A stretch of DNA of 64,000 nt from Enterobacteria phage ATK47: the sequence record NC_055708.1; one strand, given 5' to 3'. Position numbers and translations under genes: made by a program. The notes under the pieces are model-generated. The model was not told where the DNA came from, did not search any database, and was given only the letters and a program-made list of their open reading frames with translations. Positions 1-9,907 of this stretch are shown in pieces (positions within the stretch are counted from its first letter, which is position 1; each line of letters begins with the position of its first letter).

Positions 1-1
1 T

Positions 2-658
2 AAATGTTTTTCCGAAAATGAATATGATTTGGATGCATATTCAAATAGTCTTATGCATGTGGAAGAATGTAAACGTGCATTAATGAAGTCTCTTTATCTC
101 TGCTTACACGTTATTAACGCCTTAGAAGCTATTCGTTTTTACGTATCATTTGCATGTACTTTCAACTTCCATAAGAACATGGAAATTATGGAAGGTAATG
201 CAAAGATTATGAAGTTCATTGCTCGTGACGAACAACTCCACCTCAAGGGTACTCAGTACATTATCCGTCAACTTCAATCTGGTACTGATGGTGATGAGTG
301 GGTTCAAATTGCTAAAGAATGCGAACAAGAAGCAGTTGATATTTTTATGGAAGTAAATAGACAAGAGAAGGAATGGGCTGCACACCTCTTTAAAGACGGT
401 ACATGTCCAGGTATCAATACGCAGAGTATGTGTGCTTTTGTCGATTACTTGACTGTGTCTCGTATGAAACAGTGTGGTTTGCCATGCCCAATCACTGATG
501 CTCCGACCAAGCATCCGTATCCTTGGATTCGTGAATATCTGAACTCTGATTTAGTTCAAGCAGCTCCTCAGGAAGTTGAAATCAGTTCTTATCTTGTCGC
601 ACAAATTGATAATGATGTAGACCAAAATGTAATCAATTCATACAAAAAATATTTCTAA
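2..658 (+). CDS. nrdB: Ribonucleotide reductase beta subunit NrdB, C-terminal part (5' end lies outside the window)
   Basis: Open frame continues to the window edge with no stop; the C-terminal sequence resembles T4 NrdB as I recall it; synteny with denA and rnlA downstream. Confidence 0.8.
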   Translation, partial: KCFSENEYDLDAYSNSLMHVEECKRALMKSLYLCLHVINALEAIRFYVSFACTFNFHKNMEIMEGNAKIMKFIARDEQLHLKGTQYIIRQLQSGTDGDEWVQIAKECEQEAVDIFMEVNRQEKEWAAHLFKDGTCPGINTQSMCAFVDYLTVSRMKQCGLPCPITDAPTKHPYPWIREYLNSDLVQAAPQEVEISSYLVAQIDNDVDQNVINSYKKYF

Positions 659-662
659 GGAC

Positions 663-676
663 GGGACTTCGGTCCC
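663..676 (+). other. GC-rich UUCG-tetraloop hairpin (GGGAC-TTCG-GTCCC) between nrdB and denA
   Basis: Perfect 5-bp GC stem with TTCG loop seen in sequence; no strong T-run, so more likely an RNA stability or processing element than a terminator. Confidence 0.5.
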
Positions 677-684
677 ACTTTATT

Positions 685-1095
685 ATGAAAGATATTGCCG
701 CCGAATATTCCTTTATTAAATATACAGAATTGGAGCTATTAGAAGATGCAACAATTAAAACAGTTGATGTCCCTAATAAGAAAAATGTCATATACGCTAT
801 TGCTATAGATGACGAACTTGTGTATATTGGTAAAACCAAGAATTTAAAGAAACGCATTAACTATTATCGAACAGCCATAAATCGAAAAGACCAGACTTCA
901 GATTCAAGAAAATCACTTATGATTTTGGATGCCTTAATGCAAGGCAAAAAGGTTGAATTCTGGGCCCGCCAATGTTTTGACCTTTCAGTCACCAACGAAC
1001 TTGGTTCAATGACCATCGCAACAATGGACCTTGAAGAACCGCTTTTTATCAAAAAGTTCAACCCGCCTTGGAATATCCAACATAAGAAAAAGTAG
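685..1095 (+). CDS. denA: Endonuclease II, GIY-YIG family nuclease
   Basis: 136 aa; GIY-YIG signature (VYIGKTKNL...RINYY); near-identical in length and sequence to T4 EndoII as I recall it; ATG at 685. Confidence 0.85.
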   Translation: MKDIAAEYSFIKYTELELLEDATIKTVDVPNKKNVIYAIAIDDELVYIGKTKNLKKRINYYRTAINRKDQTSDSRKSLMILDALMQGKKVEFWARQCFDLSVTNELGSMTIATMDLEEPLFIKKFNPPWNIQHKKK

Positions 1096-1124
1096 TTTAC
1101 ACACCACAAGGATTGTGGTACAAT
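1095..1124 (+). promoter_or_regulatory. T4-type early promoter (GTTTAC ... TACAAT) upstream of rnlA
   Basis: GTTTAC at 1095-1100 and TACAAT at 1119-1124, 18 nt apart; GAGGA Shine-Dalgarno and ATG follow. Confidence 0.6.
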
Positions 1125-1142
1125 TTAAAAAAAACTAACTGA

Positions 1143-2276
<1,134 letters not shown>

Positions 2277-2278
2277 TG

Positions 2279-2308
2279 GTTTACAAACACCAAGGAAGGT
2301 GTTACTAT
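2279..2308 (+). promoter_or_regulatory. T4-type early promoter upstream of alc
   Basis: GTTTAC at 2279-2284 and TACTAT at 2303-2308; the same architecture as the other early promoters in the window. Confidence 0.55.
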
Positions 2309-2338
2309 GGCTTTTATCAATAACACGAGGAGAAAATT

Positions 2339-2839
2339 ATGAATATGCAATTGATTACTAATGATATGGTCGTAACCGCTTTTGGAGACACAACTGACGG
2401 AATCCGAGTCTTTAAGAAAGGACGTCCAGTTGGTTATCTTACCGACCTACGTGTTACACTGGCCAAAAATCTTAAAAAGAAAGTAAAACAAAAAGAGTAT
2501 TCCACCCGATACGCTGAAGAGAAACGCGAAGCGATGCCGGAAGCAGTTAATGCCATGGTAGAATTTCTTCAAAACAATTTGACTAAATATGACGCTAATG
2601 TTTTCGTTAATATTAGTCAACCAAACGTACATATCGCAGGTATAAAATTCTACATTATTTGCGACCCTCTTACCGACAAATTCAACCGCCTCGGAATTTC
2701 AAGTCCGTATCATACAGCAGAAGAGTTGTGTGTATTGTTTGAATCATACAAAATCCAGTGTGATGGTTTGAAAACCGTTCTTATCAATGGATTATCCCGA
2801 GATGAAATCATTGAGATTATTAAAACATGCTTAAAGTAA
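2339..2839 (+). CDS. alc: Alc-like protein (host transcription-elongation inhibitor), assigned by position and size
   Basis: 166 aa directly downstream of rnlA, as in T4 (Alc is 167 aa); GAGGAG Shine-Dalgarno 7 nt upstream; no motif-level confirmation. Confidence 0.55.
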   Translation: MNMQLITNDMVVTAFGDTTDGIRVFKKGRPVGYLTDLRVTLAKNLKKKVKQKEYSTRYAEEKREAMPEAVNAMVEFLQNNLTKYDANVFVNISQPNVHIAGIKFYIICDPLTDKFNRLGISSPYHTAEELCVLFESYKIQCDGLKTVLINGLSRDEIIEIIKTCLK

Positions 2840-3183
2840 ATCCGATTTATGCTATAGTAGCAGCTTTTGCTCTAGTTTCTACGGTAACAATAGTTGTCTT
2901 AAACAACAAAGTTGATTCGTTGAATACTGAATTAGCTTCTGTTAAAAAGACCGCTAAAAACAATGCTAAAGTATTAGACGACTTCAAAGCTCAATATCAG
3001 TCAATCGAAGAAATGACTTATAAGAATCGTGTTTTAGTTGACCAACTTAAGGCCGAAAATGAAAAGCTCCGTCAGGATTCGAAGAAGAAGAACGTGGTGG
3101 CAAGTAAGCCAGGATTGGTCGAAAAACAAATCAACAAGTCCTTCGATTCCTTTGCAGAAGACCTCAGGAAGCTCTCAGAATGA
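2827..3183 (+). CDS. Membrane-anchored coiled-coil protein (pseT.3 position)
   Basis: N-terminal hydrophobic helix (IYAIVAAFALVSTVTIVVL) followed by a charged helical region; start overlaps the alc stop. Confidence 0.5.
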   Translation: MLKVNPIYAIVAAFALVSTVTIVVLNNKVDSLNTELASVKKTAKNNAKVLDDFKAQYQSIEEMTYKNRVLVDQLKAENEKLRQDSKKKNVVASKPGLVEKQINKSFDSFAEDLRKLSE

Positions 3184-3470
3184 TTAAATTAACCGCAGTT
3201 GTATTATCTATTGGTATTTTGGCTGGATGTGCCCAGGATGTGCCCTTAAGCCCTAAAGAAACTTTACATCCGCCATGGCCTGAATCTATTGTTGAATATA
3301 ACCAGAAATGGCAAGTAAAGGTTATTGATGGTAATCCGTGGGTTGGAATGCCGTTTGAAGACTCTCAAGAATTTCGTATCTGGTTAAACGACGTAAAAAG
3401 ATATGTACATGACCAGAAGACTATGATATGTTATTATCGTAGTGGTTTAAAAGAGGAAAAATGCCAATGA
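3180..3470 (+). CDS. Predicted lipoprotein (signal peptide with lipobox LAGC)
   Basis: MIKLTAVVLSIGILAGCAQ is a signal peptidase II-type signal; ATGA overlap with the upstream ORF. Confidence 0.55.
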   Translation: MIKLTAVVLSIGILAGCAQDVPLSPKETLHPPWPESIVEYNQKWQVKVIDGNPWVGMPFEDSQEFRIWLNDVKRYVHDQKTMICYYRSGLKEEKCQ

Positions 3471-3685
3471 CTAAAGAACAGCATGAATACATTAAAGGGC
3501 TTATCTATGAATCTGAAATGGCGGCTATGATTTATGGGCGCCAGATTCAACGATTAGAATCTTTGCCTCCGACTAATGACCGATTGTTAGTTCAGTCTCG
3601 TGCTAATCTGAAAAATGAATATCAGAATAAGTGGGCAGTAGCGACTAAAGCTCTTCACGAGTATATTGAATCTTTAGTAAAATAG
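3461..3685 (+). CDS. Hypothetical protein, 74 aa
   Basis: ORF with ATG overlapping the upstream stop (translational coupling); no recognisable motif. Confidence 0.4.
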   Translation: MPMTKEQHEYIKGLIYESEMAAMIYGRQIQRLESLPPTNDRLLVQSRANLKNEYQNKWAVATKALHEYIESLVK

Positions 3686-3714
3686 TTTACAAACTCTCAG
3701 GAGCAGAGTATAAT
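3685..3714 (+). promoter_or_regulatory. T4-type early promoter leading a two-ORF module
   Basis: GTTTAC at 3685-3690 and TATAAT at 3709-3714; GAGGA Shine-Dalgarno and ATG at 3743 follow. Confidence 0.6.
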
Positions 3715-3742
3715 GCTCCTATGGATAATTGAGGAAATCTAA

Positions 3743-4041
3743 ATGAAAACATTACTAGAGAATTACATCAAACGGTCTGATGAGTATATTGATATCTGTC
3801 GTGGAATGTCACTTGGCAATTATGACAAAGATGCAGCAAAGGCACTAGATGAAGCAGGTAAAGCTCTTCGTAAAGCTGCTAAAGAAAAAGGGTTGGATTT
3901 GCAACAACTCAAAAGTCATATGATTAAATTTATTTCTTCAAACGTTAGAAGTACGTCAATTAATAAAAACGTTGCTGAAATTAATAAAGACCGGCGCGAG
4001 CATAACATTCGTATTCTTGAAATTTTCTTAGGAATAAAATA

Positions 4042-4042
<1 letters not shown>
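3743..4042 (+). CDS. Hypothetical protein, 99 aa
   Basis: ORF with GAGGA Shine-Dalgarno; predicted helical and charged; stop overlaps the next start (TAATG). Confidence 0.5.
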
Positions 4043-5128
<1,086 letters not shown>

Positions 5129-5129
<1 letters not shown>

Positions 5130-5320
5130 TGAAACGATTATATGAAGTGATTGAGGCCATCGAACAGCATAAAGAATATTTGTTTGTAGCCTGGCCTTTA
5201 GTAAATGGACAGTTCGGTATTGATGTGCTGGACTATGAGCATGAAGAACGTTTGGACGGCGGTATATTTGATAACGTCGACCAGGCAATTGAATGGTTAA
5301 ATGAAAACTATGTACGATAA
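5129..5320 (+). CDS. Hypothetical protein, 63 aa (cd.5 position)
   Basis: ATG overlaps the pseT stop (TAATG); no motif. Confidence 0.4.
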
Positions 5321-5525
5321 ACATCATGAAATCGAAGATGAAGCATACAAAATGCTTCGTAAACTAGTGGGACTTAGTATGAGTCCTACATTAATCAACA
5401 AACTCGCCGGAATTCGTAATGACCTGAATACTCGATACAAAGGCGAATATCATGTAGAGTTTGTTCCTGTAGGTGAACCAACCGAGCGATTTGTTGTTCG
5501 AGTTAAAGTAAATACTGTGCACTGA
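5301..5525 (+). CDS. Hypothetical protein, 74 aa (cd.4 position)
   Basis: ORF overlapping the 3' end of the previous ORF; no motif. Confidence 0.4.
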   Translation: MKTMYDKHHEIEDEAYKMLRKLVGLSMSPTLINKLAGIRNDLNTRYKGEYHVEFVPVGEPTERFVVRVKVNTVH

Positions 5526-5532
5526 GGTAATT

Positions 5533-5808
5533 ATGTTCCCTAAATATTCTGAAATTGTAAAGGTAGTCTTCAGTCAGATTATTGCTAATAATATGTTTGA
5601 AGTGCTTGATAATGCAGCCGAACTCAGAGTTCATGCTCAACTAACTCATGTACTCAATGCTTTGCTCCCAGACCAAGTAGATTCTATTGCTATTACTCTT
5701 CTCCCTGGGTCTGCGCACGTCATAGTGGTATTTGATCTTGATGGTGATTTAGTTATCCAGTGTGATATCAATTTCGGTACACAAAAAATTGAATGCAAAG
5801 CAATTTAA
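5533..5808 (+). CDS. Hypothetical protein, 91 aa (cd.3 position)
   Basis: ORF with GAGGT Shine-Dalgarno; no motif. Confidence 0.45.
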   Translation: MFPKYSEIVKVVFSQIIANNMFEVLDNAAELRVHAQLTHVLNALLPDQVDSIAITLLPGSAHVIVVFDLDGDLVIQCDINFGTQKIECKAI

Positions 5809-5810
5809 TG

Positions 5811-5840
5811 GTTTACAACATGGCGGAGTTGTGATACTAT
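5811..5840 (+). promoter_or_regulatory. T4-type early promoter
   Basis: GTTTAC at 5811-5816 and TACTAT at 5835-5840; GAGG Shine-Dalgarno and ATG at 5869 follow. Confidence 0.6.
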
Positions 5841-5868
5841 AACTCTACCAACAAATGAGGAAATAGAA

Positions 5869-6105
5869 ATGCTAAGTGAAAACCCAATTACAGTACACGA
5901 ATTTCAGATTAAAGTAAAAGAATTTGCTCAAGCACTCATCAATAAAGTGTCTGAACGTTTCCAGGATGCAACATTACGAGTTATTCAAGAATCTCCACGT
6001 TCTTTTCTCATAATCGTTAATCCTAAAGATGGTGACCAAATTACTAATCTTAAATTAGGCAGTGATGGTCTTGTTGAAGCAACTCGAGTATATGGAACAC
6101 TATAA
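5869..6105 (+). CDS. Hypothetical protein, 78 aa (cd.2 position)
   Basis: ORF immediately downstream of an early promoter with a Shine-Dalgarno sequence. Confidence 0.5.
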   Translation: MLSENPITVHEFQIKVKEFAQALINKVSERFQDATLRVIQESPRSFLIIVNPKDGDQITNLKLGSDGLVEATRVYGTL

Positions 6106-6225
6106 TGAGAGCTATCTCATTACTATCGAGAATGGTCATAAATCTGAGCACTACCAACTTAGCCTGTCTAATCCGGTTAAAGGTATTGTTGAATCAGAAT
6201 CTGTTTATATCTCCTAAGGATTGTT

Positions 6226-7218
6226 ATGTTACCTGTCGTCGGAAAACTTATTTCTCCAAAAGAACTGGCTGAGATTATTCCTTTGTCGGAAGCTTACGCA
6301 TCACAAGTGGCTTCTCATCGCGAACAAGTTAATTCGATTATGAACGGTGAAGACCCACGCAAACTTATTGTTGTAGGTCCTTGTTCAATTCATGACCCTA
6401 TTGCTGCTGTTGAATACGGCAAACGTCTGGCTGAACTTCAAACTCGTCTTCCTAATGTTCTGTTAGTGATGCGCGTTTATTTTGAAAAGCCTCGAACTAC
6501 CGTAGGTTGGAAAGGTCTTGTAAATGATCCATATCTTGACGGAAGTTTTGATATGAACCACGGTCTTATAGTTGCACGAACATTGTGTCGTAAACTTCTA
6601 CGTATGGGACTTCCATTAGCAACTGAAGTATTAGACCCATTCACGATTAAGTATCTTTCTGGTATTTTCTCATGGGTTGCTATTGGCGCACGTACGACTG
6701 AAAGTCAGACACATCGTGAAATTGCTTCAGGTCTACCGATGTGCGTAGGCTTCAAGAACGCAACCAATGGTTCTATTAAAGTAGCTACAGACGCGATGTA
6801 TAGTGCCGCCTGGCCTCATCGGTATATGGGTATGGACGTCGATGGTACTGTAGGCATTGTTGAAGCTGAAGGTAATCAGAATACGCATATCGTATTGCGT
6901 GGCGGGACCAACGGCCCGAACTATCATTCTTCTGATATTCAAGAAGCTTCTAACAAAGCAAGGGCAGTAGGTCTGAATCATTATGTAATGGTTGACTGTA
7001 GCCATGCAAACGCTGATGGGCATTATAGCAATCAAATTGGTATTGGTAAAAAATTAGCAGCTAATGATTTGGTCAAAGGAATTATGATAGAATCGTTCCT
7101 ACATGAAGGAAATCAAAAAATTTCTGATAATATGTCCTATGGCGTTTCCGTTACCGATGCGTGCATCAGTTGGGAACAAACTAAAGAGCTGTTAACTTAT
7201 ATTAATAAGGTTCAATAA
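6226..7218 (+). CDS. 3-deoxy-D-arabino-heptulosonate 7-phosphate (DAHP) synthase, class I (AroG/AroF/AroH-like)
   Basis: 330 aa; motifs LIVVGPCSIHDP, VMRVYFEKPRTTVGWKGLVNDP, GARTTESQTHRE and IVLRGG align along its whole length with E. coli AroG as I recall it; AAGGA Shine-Dalgarno; stop overlaps the cd start. Confidence 0.85.
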   Translation: MLPVVGKLISPKELAEIIPLSEAYASQVASHREQVNSIMNGEDPRKLIVVGPCSIHDPIAAVEYGKRLAELQTRLPNVLLVMRVYFEKPRTTVGWKGLVNDPYLDGSFDMNHGLIVARTLCRKLLRMGLPLATEVLDPFTIKYLSGIFSWVAIGARTTESQTHREIASGLPMCVGFKNATNGSIKVATDAMYSAAWPHRYMGMDVDGTVGIVEAEGNQNTHIVLRGGTNGPNYHSSDIQEASNKARAVGLNHYVMVDCSHANADGHYSNQIGIGKKLAANDLVKGIMIESFLHEGNQKISDNMSYGVSVTDACISWEQTKELLTYINKVQ

Positions 7219-7799
7219 TGAAAGCTAGCACATACCTTCAGATTGCATATCTGATTTCTCAAGAATCAAAATGTTGTTCATGGAAAGTTGGTGCCGTCAT
7301 TGAAAAAGATGGACGCATTATCTCTACTGGATATAACGGTTCACCTGCAGGTGGCGTTAACTGTTGCGAACATGCATCTGAAAATGGTTGGTTGAAGAAT
7401 AAACCAATCCCAGTCATCGTTGCTGGACATAAAGAAGGCACTACAGCATTTGGACGGGTAGATAATTTTGTTTTAGCCAAAGAACATCGAGCTGCTCATA
7501 GTGCATGGTCTGCTAATAATGAAATCCATGCAGAATTGAATGCAATTTTGTTTGCCGCTCGTAAAGGTAATTCTATTGAAGGTGCTACGTTATATACGAC
7601 GCTTTCTCCATGTCCTGATTGTACTAAAGCTATTACGCAGTCAGGTATTAAAAAGGTTGTATATGCAGAATTATATGACCGATCTCCTGAAAACTGGGCA
7701 GACATTCTTAAACAAGCTGGTATTGAAGTAATTCAGTACTCTCGTAATAATCTTCGTTCTCTGAATTGGGAACAAATCCGAAACTTTTGTGGTGAATAA
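7218..7799 (+). CDS. cd: dCMP deaminase
   Basis: 193 aa, the same as T4 Cd; cytidine/deoxycytidylate deaminase zinc motifs (HAELNA ... SPCPDC). Confidence 0.9.
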   Translation: MKASTYLQIAYLISQESKCCSWKVGAVIEKDGRIISTGYNGSPAGGVNCCEHASENGWLKNKPIPVIVAGHKEGTTAFGRVDNFVLAKEHRAAHSAWSANNEIHAELNAILFAARKGNSIEGATLYTTLSPCPDCTKAITQSGIKKVVYAELYDRSPENWADILKQAGIEVIQYSRNNLRSLNWEQIRNFCGE

Positions 7800-7800
7800 T

Positions 7801-8097
7801 ATGATTTTAACTGAACGAGAAACTATGGTTCTTCGTGAACGTATTAAAACTATTCTGTCTGTAGGCGTTCATTGTGTTGTATTTGAAAAGGCTAACGGTG
7901 ATGTACGCACTATGTTTGCTTCGCGCGATGAACTTGAAGTCAAATATGAAAATAACAATCCGGCAACAGAAGTTCGTTATGAACCTCGTGAATCAGTTCG
8001 AGCATTCGATACCAAGTTAGGCCAGTGGCGTTCTTTCCGCCTTGATAAAGTAATTTCGGTTGATGGTACTCCGGTAGAACGTTTGCTTCTTATGTAA
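7801..8097 (+). CDS. Hypothetical protein, 98 aa (31.1/31.2 position)
   Basis: ATG at 7801 just after the cd stop; the ORF-track start at 7789 lies inside cd. Confidence 0.45.
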   Translation: MILTERETMVLRERIKTILSVGVHCVVFEKANGDVRTMFASRDELEVKYENNNPATEVRYEPRESVRAFDTKLGQWRSFRLDKVISVDGTPVERLLLM

Positions 8098-8124
8098 TAT
8101 GCTTTACGAATAGTATGGTATTAT
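8097..8124 (+). promoter_or_regulatory. T4 middle-type promoter (MotA box ATGCTTTA plus TATTAT) upstream of gene 31
   Basis: MotA-box-like sequence at 8097-8106 and -10-like TATTAT at 8119-8124, 12 nt apart. Confidence 0.55.
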
Positions 8125-8154
8125 TAATCTATCGTCAAACAACAAGGAAATAAG

Positions 8155-8487
8155 ATGTCTGAAGTACAACTCCCAATTCGTGCTGTTGGTGAATATGTCA
8201 TTCTGGTTTCTGAACCCGCTCAAGCAGGTGATGAAGAAGTTACCGAATCAGGACTTGTGATTGGTAAACGTGTTCAAGGTGAAGTTCCTGAACTATGCGT
8301 AGTTCATTCTGTAGGTCCTGATGTTCCTGAAGGTTTTGTTGAAGTCGGTGATTTGACTCCACTACCAGTTGGACAAATTCGAAATGTTCCACATCCATTT
8401 GTGGCTTTGGGACTTAAACAACCTAAAGAAATTAAACAGAAATTCGTAACATGCCACTATAAAGCTATTCCGTGTCTTTATAAGTGA
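8155..8487 (+). CDS. 31: Co-chaperonin gp31 (GroES analogue for capsid folding)
   Basis: 110 aa; sequence nearly identical to T4 gp31 as I recall it ([29 protein letters not shown] ... [10 protein letters not shown]). Confidence 0.9.
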   Translation: MSEVQLPIRAVGEYVILVSEPAQAGDEEVTESGLVIGKRVQGEVPELCVVHSVGPDVPEGFVEVGDLTPLPVGQIRNVPHPFVALGLKQPKEIKQKFVTCHYKAIPCLYK

Positions 8488-8495
8488 TATAAATA
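8488..8495 (+). promoter_or_regulatory. T4 late promoter -10 element TATAAATA
   Basis: Exact TATAAATA immediately after the gene 31 stop, about 117 nt upstream of rIII. Confidence 0.45.
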
Positions 8496-8611
8496 ACTAT
8501 ATGAAGAGAACACTCTTCTAAGCGGTAGCCTACAACTGAGAGACTTGTCGAAAGAAGGTGAAATTCAGACGAACGTGGCTACTAAATATTATCTCGAATT
8601 GAGAATTTAAA

Positions 8612-8860
8612 ATGATTAAACAATTACAACACGCTCTTGAACTGCAACGCAACGCATGGAATAACGGTCACGAAAACTACGGCGCTTCAATTGATGTTGA
8701 AGCCGAAGCACTGGAAATCCTGCGATATTTCAAACATCTGAATCCTGCTCAGGCTACTCTGGCTTCTGAACTGGAAGCTAAAGATGAATTGAAATATGCT
8801 AAGCCTCTGGCTTCTGCAGCACGCAAAGCAGTTCGTCATTTTGTTATTACCCTTAAATAA
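8612..8860 (+). CDS. rIII: rIII lysis-inhibition accessory protein
   Basis: 82 aa, the same as T4 RIII; located after gene 31 as in T4. Confidence 0.75.
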   Translation: MIKQLQHALELQRNAWNNGHENYGASIDVEAEALEILRYFKHLNPAQATLASELEAKDELKYAKPLASAARKAVRHFVITLK

Positions 8861-9154
8861 GTTTTAGGTGATTCGCTACCTTAGTGCGGCTAGAAAATCG
8901 AGGAGCCGTCGAACTGTCTGATTAATGATTTGCGAATCATTATAGTTTTAAGACCCCGGCAGTTTTACGGTGTACCTCTTGAATGTATTTTATACTATCA
9001 CGCGTCAGAAAAAGGTTATCTGTCTAAGTCGTGGTTGGTATGATGACGGGTTTATGGTTATCCTGTCGTTAAATATCCAAAACCTATGTTCCCCTTGAGG
9101 GCTTGCGCAGGCAATGTCAATAAGTCCTGCATTTTCATTTAAAGAGAATTTATA

Positions 9155-9334
9155 ATGGCAAAACAAGCTAAAGCAAAGAAAGCAGTTGAAAAGAAAGTTG
9201 ATGGTACCTCTAAACGCGCTGGATACAAGCGTGGGTCGAACTCTCGTATTAATCAAACAGTTGAGAAGATCATGCGCAGAGCACGTGCAGTTCTTCGAGA
9301 TGATGCTTCTCGTTTTGGAAAGGTTGTTGCATAA
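9155..9334 (+). CDS. Small lysine/arginine-rich basic protein, 59 aa (below the ORF-track cutoff; 30.9 position)
   Basis: ATG at 9155 to TAA at 9332-9334, read manually: MAKQAKAKKAVEKKVDGTSKRAGYKRGSNSRINQTVEKIMRRARAVLRDDASRFGKVVA; followed at once by a terminator hairpin. Confidence 0.45.
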   Translation: MAKQAKAKKAVEKKVDGTSKRAGYKRGSNSRINQTVEKIMRRARAVLRDDASRFGKVVA

Positions 9335-9339
9335 TTTTA

Positions 9340-9361
9340 GGGAGACTTCGGTCTCCCTTTT
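9340..9361 (+). terminator. Rho-independent terminator (GGGAGAC-TTCG-GTCTCCC plus T-run)
   Basis: 7-bp GC-rich stem, UUCG tetraloop and TTTT seen in sequence. Confidence 0.7.
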
Positions 9362-9393
9362 GTGCGTTTAGGGCAGAAAAAGTTTAAAAAGAT

Positions 9394-9422
9394 GTTTACT
9401 CTCCTGTAGGATGTGTTACTAT
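9394..9422 (+). promoter_or_regulatory. T4-type early promoter
   Basis: GTTTAC at 9394-9399 and TACTAT at 9417-9422, followed by TAGAC; GGAG Shine-Dalgarno and ATG at 9465. Confidence 0.6.
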
Positions 9423-9464
9423 AGACTTGTACCATCTAATCAATAAAACAACCTGGAGAACAAA

Positions 9465-9833
9465 ATGAAAATCAATCTGAACTCATACATCAAATGTAAA
9501 GACCATGACGGTTATAAAGCTATCGAAATTAAAGAATTCCAGTGGATGTTATACAAAGAGCAATTTGAGTTCGTAGGTTGTATGACCCCTGAAGGTCCTT
9601 CTGATGATTTCTCTTGGAAAATTGTGTTAGCAAACTTTTTCACAGGTGACACATACGAATTAAAAACTATTATTACCGGTAAAATTCGTTCAGAAACATA
9701 TGTTGACGAAGAAACTGGTTACTCTGAAGATGTTACATGGTATCAAAATGGACGCATTACAGCAGATAACCTGATCGAAAAAATGAAAGCCAAAGGTGTT
9801 TTAAATTTAGACAATTGGATTAAAGTTGCATAA
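9465..9833 (+). CDS. Hypothetical protein, 122 aa (30.8 position)
   Basis: ORF downstream of an early promoter with a Shine-Dalgarno sequence. Confidence 0.5.
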   Translation: MKINLNSYIKCKDHDGYKAIEIKEFQWMLYKEQFEFVGCMTPEGPSDDFSWKIVLANFFTGDTYELKTIITGKIRSETYVDEETGYSEDVTWYQNGRITADNLIEKMKAKGVLNLDNWIKVA

Positions 9834-9837
9834 AACA

Positions 9838-9866
9838 GTTTACTTTGGTACAGGTTATGTTATTAT
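9838..9866 (+). promoter_or_regulatory. T4-type early promoter
   Basis: GTTTAC at 9838-9843 and TATTAT at 9861-9866, followed by TAGAC, closely resembling the promoter at 9394. Confidence 0.6.
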
Positions 9867-9907
9867 AGACCTGTACCAACAAACAACTTAAACATCCGGA
9901 GAATAAA

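Noticed and set aside
8961-8998. Promoter-like GTTTTAC ... TATACTAT in the gap after rIII
   Set aside because: The spacing between the candidate -35 and -10 elements is 24 nt, outside the 16-19 nt range of the other early promoters here. It is not called as a promoter.
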